A stretch of 51,790 nt of DNA, filler included, from Okamejei kenojei (lineage: Eukaryota), in assembly GCA_035221665.1 (NCBI GenBank). It is 2 parts of 2 records of this genome, joined end to end, with 100 filler letters (N's around TTAATTAATTAA, not from the genome) between each part and the next. Parts side by side here need not be neighbours in the genome. Positions count along the whole stretch, not along the records: positions 1 to 30,187 come from JAVHYY010000154.1; positions 30,288 to 51,790 come from CM069132.1. One strand, 5' to 3'. Shown here piece after piece: positions 25,474 to 38,667 of the stretch. The notes under the pieces are model-generated. The model was not told the DNA's origin. It saw only the letters and a list, made by a program, of their open reading frames with translations, and made no database searches. The position numbers and the translations under genes were made by a program. Numbering within the stretch: position 1 is the stretch's first letter; every line of letters begins with the position of its first letter.

Positions 25474-27149
25474 GTATGTAATTGTCGGAACATCGCATGG
25501 AACTAACAAAGACTGTTTGAAAAGCGCAGAGTATTAAGAGAATATTAAGAGTATTAAGGTTAAGAGAACATACCGAGTAGCATGGATTAGGGCGGAACGC
25601 TGGCGCCGCGCTTGAGCAATTGTCTTACAGCCTTGTCTGTACGGAGTTTGTAAGTTCTCCCCGTATCCTTTTGGGGTTTCCCCGAGATCTTCGGTTTCCA
25701 CCCACGCTCCATAAAGTAAAATAAAATGTCCCTTGTGTGTGTAGGCTACTGTGCGTGATCGGTGCGGATTAGGTGGGCCGGTGGTCGTGTTTTCGCGCTG
25801 TATCCCTAAACTAAAATAAAGTAAGCGATGTGCATGTTAGGAGCGAGGAAGCGAGTTGTTATATTTGATGGATGCCGCTCATTGAAGCTGTCAGAAATGT
25901 AGCCCTCGCGGCTTTTTACTAAAATCAATGCCCGTACTTGCGCTGTTGCGAGGTGAAGCGCAATTTCGTCCTCGCTGTGGTAGTTTATTTCCCAATGTGA
26001 TACTGCACTCGGCAGAACGAGAGATACACCCCGTCCAGTCATTTGGAACTGCATTTTCTGTATCGCTCTTAAATTCTCATAGGGATAATTTCGCAGCGAC
26101 AGATTTGAATGTCGTACGAACAACCTGTTCAACCAAAAAAGGAGTACAGGTAATATAAACTACAAGTGCAGCGATCCAGTGACAACAAATAACTGGTTAA
26201 CTCAGCCAGTCTTGCAGCATCTCTGGAGGACCGACGCAGTCGAGGTATCGGGTTGGGATCATTCTTCCGATCGGAATCCGAAGAAGGGGCTCGAGCAGAT
26301 ACGTCGCCTATCTATGTCCTCCAGAGACATTACTTGCGCCACTGAGATACTCCATCACATGTTCTTGCCAGGTACAGTACGGAGACACGCCCGCAGTTCG
26401 GCAGAAAATACCTGTGCGTTACGTTGTTAGCCTTGTTCGTGAAGGGTGTTTGTAATTATATTTGCTGCGCTTCACTGAAACCCTTTCCTTGGTCTCATGT
26501 TCGGAAATATATTCTCGATGGTCCAATGGAAAACAGACCACGTTAATCCAGAACTCGATTGACTCAATGCCCCGATGCAAACGTTGCTCACGTCTCAGCA
26601 ATAAAAATAACGCTGCGCATTTGAATTTCCCGTAATAAAAATGAGATCAAATATTTGATATTGGGAGAATCTCCTCTTAATTCTGATTTGATCGACCGTA
26701 ATTTGTATTGTTCGTTTCTTTTTTTAGATTTACACTGTCCGTCCTGTTGAAAATGTTCTATATATTACACCATCGTCAAACGATTGTCATAATGTTGTAA
26801 TGATTAGTACAAAAAGGCAATCCCACTAATTTTGGTTAACAGGATTTTAATCATTTGCAGATTTAATTCCAGAATACCAAAATTAGATTGCCTTTTGTAC
26901 TGATATTTCCATCTTTATGTCAAACATTTATATATGGCAATCCTACTAATGTTGGTAATCAGGAATTTAATAATATGCTGTTATGAACATCTTTCTGGCA
27001 AACGTTTAACGGATGAATGACCAAATATTGATTCGTAAAATAAATACTCTCTACTACTAGCGACACAGAATTAAATTACTCCGTCTGCTCCCTCCCACCA
27101 GCCCCGTACACCACACAATTAATGCATTTCTGTTTTCATTCTTTCCCAG

Positions 27150-28059
27150 TGAATCTGATGGCGATAGTGATCTTGTCCCGTGGCAAGTGCGGCCTTTCCA
27201 AGTGCATCACTCGTTACATGGTAGTCATGGCGACCGCGGACCTCTCTGTGATTCTCTGTGAGGTGATACTTCACCGGATTGCTGATCTGTATTGGTGGCA
27301 TGCTTCTTTGCCCTACACCCATGTGTGCAAAATAACGATCTTCCTGGCATCCGTCACGGTGAATTGTTCTGTATGGTTCACAGTCGCTTTCACCTTGATC
27401 GCTTTGTTGCGATTTCTACTCAGAAAATGAAAATCAAATATTGCACCGTGAGAACCGCGTCGATTGTTATCCTGACAGTGATCCCATTCGTCTGCCTCAA
27501 AAACCTACCCTTGCCTTTTGCATACACTTCTTTTGGCAGAACGGGTAACAAACTGGGTTGCCTGAAACTCGTATATTTTTACGTTCATCCCGAATGGATG
27601 GTGTTCTCTTGGACCGAACAGTTGTTAACCCCGGTGATTCCATTCTGCCTGGTTTTTGCTCTTTAACGCGCTCACCGTCAGGCGTATTTTCGTGGCCAGT
27701 CGGATCCGGAGGAAACTCCGAGACCTCAGCAGTGGGGATAAAAAGAAAGACCAGGAGATGGTGAACCGCAGACGGTCGGTTGTTTTTTACTTCTGGCAAT
27801 CTCTAGCTGCTTCATCCTTCTTTGGGCCACGAGTGTTGCACATTTTATTGCGGTTCGAAGTTTGAAAGTGTTTATGTACAAGGCCTGGAGAAACCCTATG
27901 GAAGGATTGGACAAGGTTGGATGTATGCTTCAACTGCTGAGCTCCTGCACCAACACGGCCTTTTGCAGTGTGACACAGAGCAAGTTCAGAGAGGAGCTGT
28001 ACCGTTTGCTAACATATCCGATCCTTTGCACTGGAAAGATATTTAAATCGGTAAAGTGA
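27150..28059 (+). pseudogene. Exon 2 of GPR139-like GPCR with three frameshifts (pseudogene or consensus errors)
   Basis: Acceptor tttcccag, then VNLMAIVILSRGKCGLSKCITRYMVVMATADL, SVWFTVAFT, DRFVAI, KYCT, TPVIPF, NALTVRRI, MLQLLSSCTNT, KFREEL, stop at 28059. Indels near 27395, 27655 and 27785. Confidence 0.82.
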
Positions 28060-28289
28060 TAGGTAGAATAATATAATAAAAAACGAGTGACCAGCTGGGC
28101 TTCATGCTCTGGGGTTTATCGGAAACATATACCATTTAATGTGTGGACATTTGATGTCATTTCGCCCTGTCGGTCACGCCCAGGTGCTTAGGTGGTTCAT
28201 GTGCTCAATGAGTCTCACCGCATGTACCTATTCCCAAGTGCTCAGTTCAATCATACAACTTATGTTGTTTTCATCAATATGCATACATA

Positions 28290-29960
28290 CAGTGGCTTGC
28301 AAAAGTATTCATACCCCTTGAACTTTTCCACATTTGTCACGTTACAACCACAAACATAAATGTATTTTATTGGGATTTTATTTGATAGACCAACACAAAG
28401 TGGCGCATAATTGTGAAGTGGAAGAAAATTGATCCATGGTTTCCAAATTTTTATTACAAATAAAAAAACTGAAAATTGTCGCGTGCAAAAGAATTCAGCC
28501 CCCCTGAGTCAATACTTTGTAGAACCACCTTTCGCTGCAATTACAGCTGCAAGTCTTTTGGGGTATGTCGCTACCAGCTTTGCACATCTAGAGACTGACA
28601 TTTTTGCCCAATTTCTTTGCAAAATAGCTCAAGCTCAGTCGGATTGGATGGAGAGCGTCTGTGAACAGCAATTGTCAAGTCTTGCCAGAGATTCTCAATT
28701 GGAGTTGGGTCTGGACTTTGATTGGGCCATTCTAACACATGAATATGCTTTGATCTAAACCATTCCATTGTAGCTCTGGCTGTATGTTTAGGGTTGTTGT
28801 CCTGCTGGAAGGTGAACCTCCGCCCCAGTCTCAAGTCTTTTGCAGACTCTAACAGGTTTTCTTCCCAGTTTGCCCTGTATTTGGGTCCATCCCTCTTCCC
28901 ATCAATTCTGACCAGCTTCCCTGTCCATGCTGAAGAAAAGCATCGCCACAGCATGATGCTGCCACCACCATGTTTCACAGTGGGGTTGGTGTGTTCAGGG
29001 TGATGTGCAGTGTTAGTTTCCCACCACACATAGCGTTTTGCATTTATGCCAAAAACTTTAATTTTGGTATCATCAGACCAGAGCACCTTCCTCCACATGT
29101 TTGCTGTGTCCCCCACATGGCTTACGGCAAATTGCAAACGGGACTTCTTATGGCTTTGTTTCAACAATGGCTTTCTTCTTGCCACTCTTCCATAAAGGCC
29201 CTGATTTGTGGAGTGCACGACCTAATAGTTGTCCTGTGGACAGAATCTCCCACCTGAGCTGTGGATCTCTGCAGCTCCTCCAGAGTTACCATGGAATCTC
29301 TTGGCTGCTTCTTCTGATCAATGCTCTCCTTGCCCTGGCCCTGTCAGTTTAGGTGGACTGCCATGTCTTGGTAGGTTTGCAGTTGTGCCATACTCTTTGG
29401 GGGGGGGGGGGGGGGGGGGATTTTCGGATGATAGATTGAACAGTGCTCCGTGAATATGTTCCAAAGCTTGTGATATATTTTATAACCTAACCCTGCTGGC
29501 CTTTTTAAACTTCTCCACAGCTTTATCCCTGATCTGTCTGGTTTGTTTCCTTGGGCTTCATGATGCCCAAGGAACATTGTGTTGTTCACGAATGTTCTCT
29601 AAACAAACCTCTGAGGCCTTCACACAGAACAGCTGTATTTATACTGAGATTATATTACACACAAGTGGACTCTGATTTACTAATTAGGTGACTTCTGAAG
29701 GCCAATTGGTGCACTGGATTTTATTTGGGGTATCAGAGTAAAGGGGGCTGAATATTTTTGCACGCCCCACTTTTCAGATTATTATTTGTAAAAAAAGGTT
29801 TTAAAACCATGTCTCATTTTTCCTTCCATTCACAATTTTTTCTCCACTTTGTGTTGGTCTATCATTAATATCCTAATAAAATTTACATTTTACGTTTGTG
29901 ATTGTAACGTGACAAAATGTGGAAAAGTTCAAGGGGTAGAATACTTTTTGAAAGTCTCTG
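28290..29960 (-). mobile_element. Tc1-like DNA transposon, same family as 16129-17740, opposite orientation
   Basis: TA|CAGTGGCTTGCA left end, ...CTCTG|TA right end. ORF 28571..29218 has WSDDTK, FQQDNNPKH, SPDPTPIENLW (DD34E region). Confidence 0.92.
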
Positions 29961-30187
29961 TATGCCGAAGAAGATATGTTTTCAAACGGAGTGAAAGATT
30001 TTTCAGTTCAATATATGCAACGTGTTATTCAAGGTCAATCTGCAATGAAAGGGACAAATGCTTAAATTAAAATCACAAGGCACAATAGTAGGACAAGTGC
30101 ATATACGTACAGTGAAATGGATTTAAAAAGGAGCAGTGGGGTGTATGTAATAGAAAATGTATTACCTGCCAATACTATCTCTCTATG

Positions 30188-30287
30188 NNNNNNNNNNNNN
30201 NNNNNNNNNNNNNNNNNNNNNNNNNNNNNNNTTAATTAATTAANNNNNNNNNNNNNNNNNNNNNNNNNNNNNNNNNNNNNNNNNNNN
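30188..30287. other. Assembly gap containing an embedded TTAATTAATTAA (30232-30243)
   Basis: 44 N + 12 nt + 44 N = exactly 100 bp, an artificial-looking join. Confidence 0.95.
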
Positions 30288-31174
30288 TGTGGGGGGGGGG
30301 TGGGGAGGTGTAGGGGTGGGGAGGGGAGATGGGAGGTTGGGGTGTGGGGAGGGGGGATAAGGGGGGAGGGGGAGTGGGAGGGGAGATGTGCCAGCCGCTG
30401 GGCCGCGGGGCTGGGGCAAAGGCAGATGTAAATGAATCCATTCCGATTGGACATCTGTGAGCATCGGGCATTGTGACATCACACAAACTCTATGGAACTC
30501 TATGGGTGAGAGTTTGATTTTTTTAAGATTTTGAAATTTTGGGGTGGGGGGGAAGGATTTTATTAAATATTGCGTATATAAAAATGTCTAAATGTAATGA
30601 GGAGTAAATCCGTGAATGTAAAAGCGTAATGTCTAGCAAAATGGAAAAAATCGCGGCGTTTGAGGGTCTGGTTTTGGCGGACCACGGAATCAAAGGGCAA
30701 AACTCTTATCTGAACAAAAAAAATGGAATGTGTCATACACCCTCACACCCAGTCGGCATCGTGAGATGAAAAATTCTGGGGTTTTATTAGATGTGTATAT
30801 ACAATATTCATTAATCTCCTAAAGTTAAAGTATGAGTAACGATTTTTAATAAAACCTGTCTGAATAATTTTTTTAAATAAAACCTGGCTAAATATTATTC
30901 TCTCTATGCCAAGCGTTATTACTAGGACTGATGGGTTCGGGGAAGGGATTAGGTAGTTTGCTGACTTTCTATTAGTCCGTTTAGGGCTTTACAGGGGTGG
31001 GAGGGGGCTTTTGGTCCCTATTTAGTGTTTTTCATTTGTGCAAATTCTGAACTACAAAAATGTCTGAAATGTCGTAACGTCCGGCTCTGCCCTAGATTTT
31101 TCTTCTTCCAGTATCATGAACTTTTAGGCTTCAAGAATTTAACCCATTACATCCCACATGATTATTACAAGCAA

Positions 31175-32855
31175 TATGGATAAAGTTATTAATTTCCTTT
31201 TATGGAATGTGAATGGCTTGACCCATCCCATAAAGAGGATTTTTTTTTTCAAATTCTTCACAAACTAAATGCTCAGATTATCTTTGTTCAGGAAACTCAT
31301 GTCTGGCAAGATGACAATTACGATTTTTCAAGTTTTGAAGAGGACAGCAGTTTCATTCAAATTCACAGGCTAAGGTGAAGAGTCTCTATTTTTATTGACT
31401 CCTCAATTCCGTTTGTTCACTATGAAACAATTTCTGATCCATTTGGCAGATTTTTGGTGATTACTGGTGTTCTTTACATGCAAAAAGTTGCTATGGTGAA
31501 TGTCTACGCACCAAATATTGATCACCCTGAGTTTTTTAAACAGTTAATTGCATCCTTTCCTAATTAAAATGAACACTTTTTAATAATGGGTGGAGATTTC
31601 AACTGCTGTCTGAACCCCTCGATGACAGGTCTACATCTGATCATGTGCTTCCAAATAAATCAGCTAATTTTATTAATTATTTTTTACTTGACTCTGGAAT
31701 GTTAGAAGTTTGGAGATTCTTACACCCAAATGACAAAGTATTTTCATTTTTCTCTCATGTATATCACAGTTATTCCAGGATTGATTATTTTATACTAGAT
31801 TCTCGGCTAGTTCCATCGGTCACTGCATGTGAGTATGACGCAATCGCTATTTCTGATCACGCACCTTTGAAACTATCAATCAATCTACCTGATTCCACGT
31901 TTAGTGCTAAACAATGGCGATTTAATGCTACTTTGCTTCAAGACTTAAACTTTATTAATTTTATGAAAGATCAGATTGCTTTTACTTTTTGACAAACTCT
32001 ACTGAAGAAATATCCAATGGTGCAGTCTGGGATGCTTTTAAGGCATATATTCGTGGATAAATTATTTCATACTCCGCGGGATTAAAAAAACAAAATAAAA
32101 AAGAAATACGTACCTTGGCTGACGAGATTAAAGAAATTGATAAAAAATATTCAAAAGCTCCTAGTTTAGAGCTCTGCAAGAATAGAGTTGAACTTCAATT
32201 GAGACATGATTTGTTATTAGTATCACCGATTGAGAACCAGCTACTTAAAACCAAAAGCCAATTTTATATACATGGTGAAAAATCTGGTAAATTACTCGCT
32301 AATCAGTTGAAAGTGGTGTCGGCCAAGCGTTAGATTACTAAAGTGAGAAAACGGGATGGTACAGTAACTGTAGACCCTGACAAAATTAATAAATCCTTTC
32401 AGGAATTTTATACCTCCTTACATCAATCAGAATTTCCTACTGATTCCAGTATAATGCATGAGTTTTTAAAGAAACTGAACTTGCCAAATTTACCACATAA
32501 TGAGTGTCTGTTGTTAAGACGAACCCATCACGGAAGAAGAAATACAGAAAGCAATCTTTTCAATTAATTCTGGTAAAGCTCCTGGTTTAGATGGGTTTAC
32601 AGTAGAATTTTTAAAGTATTTTTCAAATTTATTGTCTCCATGGCTACGTAAGGTATTTAAAGAATCCCTTTTAAGGAACAGATGACCACAATCTTTTTAT
32701 GAAGCTTCTATTTCTTTAATTCTTAATAAAGATAAAGACCCTACTGAAGTGACATCATATAGACCTATATCAATGATAAATGTAGATTTCAAAATTTTTT
32801 CCAAAATATTAGCTATGAGATTGGAAAAGATTTTACCGCAAATTATCTCCGACAT
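31175..32855 (+). mobile_element. Degenerate L1-clade LINE ORF2 (endonuclease to start of RT)
   Basis: WNVNGL, VQETH, NVYAPN, GGDFN, YSRIDYF, ISDHAP, GEKSGKLLA, KAPGLDGF and YRPIS motifs. AT-rich and A-biased. Confidence 0.85.
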
Positions 32856-33469
32856 TCGAGAGAAAACAATCCACGGATATCCAATCTCTCCCTGTGGCTG
32901 ATGCAGGCAGCATTCTGGTTAACCTGCTTTGTACCCTCTCCAAAACCTCCATTTCTTCCCTTTGATGGGGCAATCGGATCTGTACTCAATGCTCCAATTG
33001 TGGCCTCATCAAACTCATATAGAACTGCATCATGACTTCCTGACCCTTATGCTCAATACCCCTAGCAATGAACGTAAGCATACCGTATGTCCACTTTACC
33101 ATCTGCACGTGCTCCCAACTGCAGCGAGCTATGAACTTGGACTCCAAGATGCCTCAGCACATCCATGTTCTTCAGAATCTAGCAATTTACTGCATAAAAC
33201 AGCCTATCATTGATGATCATTGAATGGTGGCTGCTTCACGTAAATTAAAATGGATTTAAGATGATAAGTGAGGATCAAATGTGAGGGAAATGCCTTTTCC
33301 AATTTAAATGGAAACTGATTATAATATATTCACTGTGGAGGAAAGATGTGTTGTTCCCAAGACCACATGTAATAACAAAAGGGATTGAAGCATCTTTTAT
33401 ATGCAGCACCAAGCCAAATATTATTAACTAACTATTAAGAGACGTTGAGGGTATGAGACGGGAATTGAC

Positions 33470-35035
33470 AATAGACAATAGACAATAGGTGCAGGAGTAG
33501 GCCATTTGGCCCTTCGAGCCAGCACCGCCATTCAATGTGATCATGGCTGATCAATTGGCTAGGATAGACTGGCAAATTATACTTAAAGTGTTGATGGTGG
33601 AGATGCAATCGCAAATATTTAAAGACCGCATTTTGAACAACCAAAATGTGTTCATCCCTGTCCAGAGAAAGAAATAATATGGGGAAGGCGGCTCAACGTG
33701 ACTAACGAGGGAAATCAAGGATAGTGTTAAATCCAAGGAAGAGGTTATATAAATTGGCCAGAGGACTGGGAGGAATTTAGAACTCAACAGGGGAGGAAAA
33801 TCAAAACTGACTGCAATAGCTTCTTTAGATATGTTAAAAGGAAAAGATCAGTGAAGAATATTTAGGTCACTTACAATCAGAGACAGGTGAATTTCTAATG
33901 GAAAGCAAGGAAATGGCAGAACAGTTAAACGAGTACGTTGGTTCAGTATTTACTAGGGAGGACACAAACAATCTCCCAGAAATACTAGGGGACTGAGGAT
34001 CTAGTGGGAGGGAGGAACTGAAGGGAACCCACGTTAGCCAGGAAATGGTGTTATGTAAACTGTTGGGACTGAAGACAGATAAATCCCCAGGGCCTGATGG
34101 TCTGCATCCCAGAGTACTCAAGGAGGTGGCCCTAGAAATCGTGAATGCATTGGTTATCATTTTCCAATATTCTCCGACTCTGGATCAGTTCCTGTGGACT
34201 GGAGGGTAACCGTTGTAACTCCACTTTTTAAGAAAGGAGGGAGAGAGAAAACGGGGAATTAGAGGCCAGTTAGCCTTACATCGGTGCTGGGGAAGATGCT
34301 GGAGTCGATTATTAAAGATGTTACAGCGACGCATTTGGAAAGCAGTGACAGGATTGGTCAAAGTCCGCATGGATTTATGAAGGGGAAATCACGCTTGACT
34401 AATCTTCTGGAATTTTTTGAGGATGTAACAAGTAGAATTGATCAGGGAGAGCCAGTGGATGTGGTGTATCCAGACTTTCAAAAAACCTTTGACAAGGTCC
34501 CACACAAGGGATTAGTGTGCAAAATTAGATCACATGGTATTGGGGAAGGGTATTGATATACAGGGCCCAGGTGAGACCGCACCTGGAGTATTGTGTGCAA
34601 TTTTGGTCTCCAAATTTCAGGAAGGACATTATTGCTATTGAGGGAGTGCAGCGTAGGTTCACCAGGTCAATTCCCGGGATGGCGGGACTGAGAGGCTAGA
34701 TGCAGGAAAAATGTTCCTGACGTTGGGGGAGTCCAGAACCAGGGGTCACAGTTTAAGAATAAGGGATAGGCCATGTAGGACTGAGATGAGGATAAAAAAA
34801 TTCATCCAGAGAGTTGTGAATCTGTGGAACTCTCTGCCACAGAATGCAGCGGAGGCCAATTCACTGGATCTTTTCAAGAGAGAGTTAGATTTAGCTCTTA
34901 GGACTAATGGAATCAAGGAATATGGGGGAAAAGCAGGAACGGGGCACTGAATTTAGCCATGATTATGTTGAAGGGCCGAATGGCCTACTCCTGCACATAT
35001 TTTTCTATGTTTCTATGTTTCCTCTATGTTTCTAA
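33470..35035 (+). mobile_element. Internally deleted CR1 LINE fragments
   Basis: ORFs 34284..34556 and 34711..34950. (CTATGTTT)n tail. Confidence 0.8.
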
Positions 35036-35145
35036 CACATGACGCGTCAAGTATCAAGAATGTATAATTTTCATAAGTGCCGAGAGCGGTACAATTAGAT
35101 TCTTACTTGGGCCTGGACGTACATGGCAGTGGATCGTGCTTGATG

Positions 35146-35415
35146 NNNNNNNNNNNNNNNNNNNNNNNNNNNNNNNNNNNNNNNNNNNNNNNNNNNNNNN
35201 NNNNNNNNNNNNNNNNNNNNNNNNNNNNNNNNNNNNNNNNNNNNNNNNNNNNNNNNNNNNNNNNNNNNNNNNNNNNNNNNNNNNNNNNNNNNNNNNNNNN
35301 NNNNNNNNNNNNNNNNNNNNNNNNNNNNNNNNNNNNNNNNNNNNNNNNNNNNNNNNNNNNNNNNNNNNNNNNNNNNNNNNNNNNNNNNNNNNNNNNNNNN
35401 NNNNNNNNNNNNNNN
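35146..35415. other. Assembly gap
   Basis: Run of N. Confidence 1.
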
Positions 35416-36319
35416 TAATAATGAAAAACCTACAGTGGAGTGTGGAAAGAACTCGATTCCTCCATTGACCTCACGTGCTTAGACATTTCTTCAAGTGGAG
35501 ATTCAAGTGGACAACAAAATAATATTCAAAGTGAATCCGTAATATAAAACCACATCATTTTATTTGAACAAGATATGATAAAATAGACTCCCTCGGAGAA
35601 TTCCTTTGATTCGCACCAACTGCCAATATCGTTAAAACATATAATTGCCGTCGATAATTATATCTTCATTGCCTTGTTTGTGTTGCTCTAAAAATGGCTG
35701 GAAACAGAGATGAGCTGATTTAAATAAACGCTGATATCAACAGCCCCAGACCCAGGTTCGTTCACTGAAGGACAGAAACAGAATCAATGTTTCCCCAAAG
35801 GCGGAAAACAGATAAAGTGAGAAAGAAATGCAAATCTCCGAACAGATTACATCAGAGACATTTATTTTAAATTGTCAACGTTCTCTCCTGTAAAAAAAAT
35901 AAAGTTGAAGTGCATATGGATGATGTTAGTCAATAATATTTTCTACAAAGCTAGGTTAACTGAGAACATGTATCATATCCCTGTATTTACCAACAATGGC
36001 TGGGATCAATAACATTCTCTGCATGCATATGAATGCCACAGGTTACAAATTCACAGATGCATAGAAAATACAATGATAAATTAAAATTAAAGTCATAGAA
36101 GAATACTATGTTGGAACGCGGGAAACTTTAATTGCCCGCATGCACCTTAAATGTTCCACACTCCTCGTGTTTTCCTCACAAATCGGTTAACTACTGTTTC
36201 TATCTATCTCCTCAGATAACTCTAGTGGATTCTTCTTCAGATATCTCTATTAGATTTTTCGACACCATCCGCCCAACCAGTGCAGTCTGAATCATTGAAA
36301 CACTATCCAACAAATATGC

Positions 36320-38360
36320 TCATAGAAACATAGAAACATAGAAAATAGGTGCAGGAGTAGGCCATTCGGCCCTTCGAGCCTGCACCGCCATTCAATATGA
36401 TCATGGCTGATCATCCAACTCAGTATCCTGTACCTGCCTTCTCTCCATACCCCCTGATCCCTTTAGCCACAAGGGCCACATCTAACTCCCTCTTAAATAT
36501 AGCCAATGAACTGGCCTCAACTACCTTCTGTGGCAGAGAATTCCACAGACTCACCACTCTGTGTGAAAAAAGATCTTCTCATCTCGGTCCTAAAAGACTT
36601 CCCCCTTATCCTTAAACTGTGGCCCTTGTTCTGGAGTTCCCCAACATCGGGAACAATCTTCCTGCATCTAGCCTGTCCAACCCCTTAAGAATTTTGTAAG
36701 TCTCTATAAGATCCCCCCTCAATCTCCTAAATTCCAGCGAGTACAAGCCGAGTCTATCCAGTCTTTCTTCATATGGAAGTCCTGCCATCCCAGGAATCAG
36801 TCTGGTGAACCTTCTCTGTACTCCCTCTATGGCAAGTATGTCTTTCCTCAGATTAGGAGACCAAAACTGTACACAATACTCCAGGTGTGGCTCACCAAGA
36901 CCCTGTACAACTGCAGTAGGAACCTTCCTGCTCTTGTACTCAAATCCTTTTGCTATGAATGCCAACATACCATTCGCTTTCTTCACAGCCTGCTGCACCT
37001 GCATGCCTACTTTCAATGACTGGTGTACCATGACACCCAGGTCTCGTTGCATCTCCCCTTTTCCTAATCGGCCACCATTCAGATAATAGTCTACCCTCCT
37101 GTTTTTGCCGCCAAAGTGGATAACCTCACATTTATCCACATTATACTGCATCTGCCATGCATTTGCCCACTCACCCAACCTATCCAAGTCACCTTGCAGC
37201 CTCCTAGCATCCTCCTCACAGCTAACACTGCCCCCAGCTTTGTGTCATCGCAAACATGGAGATGTTGCATTCAATTCCCTCATCCAGATCATTAATATAT
37301 ATTGTAAATAGCTGGGGTCCCAGCACTGAGCCTTGCGGTACCCCACTAGTCACTGCACTGCCTGCCATTCTGAAAATGACCCGTTTACTCCTACTCTTTG
37401 CTTCCTGTCTGCCAGCCAGTTCTCTACCCACATCAATACTGAACCCCCAATACCGTGTGCTTTAAGTTTGTATGCTAATCTCTTATGTGGGACCTTGTCG
37501 AAAGCCTTCTGAAAGTCCAGATATAACACATCCACAGGTTCTCCCTTATCCACTCTACTAGTTACATCCTCGAAAAAATTCTATAAGATTCGTCAGACAT
37601 GATTTACCTTTCATAAATCCATGCTGGCTTTGTCCAATGATTTCACCACTTTCCAAATGTGCTGCTATCCCATCTTTAATAACTGAAGCATTTTCCCCAC
37701 TACCTGCTGGGGAAGGCTGCTTTTTCTGTCTAATTTGTATGCTTCATCTTTAGTTTTGATACTATCCCTGATTTCCCTTGTTATCCACGGATGCACTACC
37801 TTCCCTGATTTATTCTTTTGCCAAACTGGGATGAACAATTGTTGTAGTTCATCCATGCAGTCTTTAAATGCCTTCCATTGCATATCCACCGTCAACCCTT
37901 TAAGAATCACTTGCCAGTCTATCTTGGCCAATTCATGTCTCATACCCTCAAAGTTACCTTTCTTTAAGTTCAGAACCCTTGTTTCTGAATTAACAATGTC
38001 ACTCTCCATCCTAATGAAGAACTCAACCATATTATGGTCACTCTTGCCCAAGGGGCCACGCACAACAAGACTGCTAACTAACCCTTCCTCATTACTCAGT
38101 ACCCAGTCTAGAATAGCCTGCTCTCTCGTTGGTTCCTCTACATGTTGGTTTAGAAAACTATCCCGCATACATTCCAAGAAATCCTCTTCCTCAGCACCCC
38201 TGCCAATTTGATTCACCCAATCTATATGTAGATTGAAGTCACCCATTATAAGGGTTTTACCCTTGTTGCACGCATTTCTAATTTCATGTTTGATGCCATC
38301 CCCAACTCCACAACTACTGTTAGGCGGCCTGTACACAACTCCCACTTGCGTTTTCTGCCC
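36320..38360 (-). mobile_element. CR1 LINE ORF2, internally deleted
   Basis: ORFs 37665..38393 (endonuclease), 37350..37553 and 36612..37187 (RT C-terminus). (CATAGAAA)n tail. Confidence 0.88.
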
Positions 38361-38667
38361 CTCATTGATTGATTGGTTAGAATGTGCCTTCATTCAACTT
38401 TGCTCTTTGGAAGCAGCATCTGAAAATCAACACCGCATGTATCATCCCTAATGCTGATCATTTCTCCAATCACTGCATAGATCTACAATTCCCCTCCTGC
38501 ACTATGCCATCCATTAATTTCCTTCCGATCTCTTAATAACATTTTAATAGAATTTTGTGTTTGCTTTGTATCTATTTCCTCTACTGCCTTTTATGTAACA
38601 AATCTCGATATTGACATTTTATCTGTAGGGCTGTATGGTGACCACACATTACACTGTACCAACTGGG

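Noticed and set aside
30232-30243. Palindromic TTAATTAATTAA island between N runs
   Set aside because: It is symmetrically embedded in a 100-bp gap and gives stops in all frames, so it is almost certainly an assembly or scaffolding artefact.
30288-30420. G-rich tract (also poly-G/C at ~9060, 12070, 29400, 49790) as G-quadruplex or switch region
   Set aside because: Low-complexity runs next to gaps or inside repeats, with unreliable lengths and not located upstream of C exons.
35828-35835. Octamer ATGCAAAT
   Set aside because: It is 5 kb from any V leader in AT-rich DNA and expected by chance.
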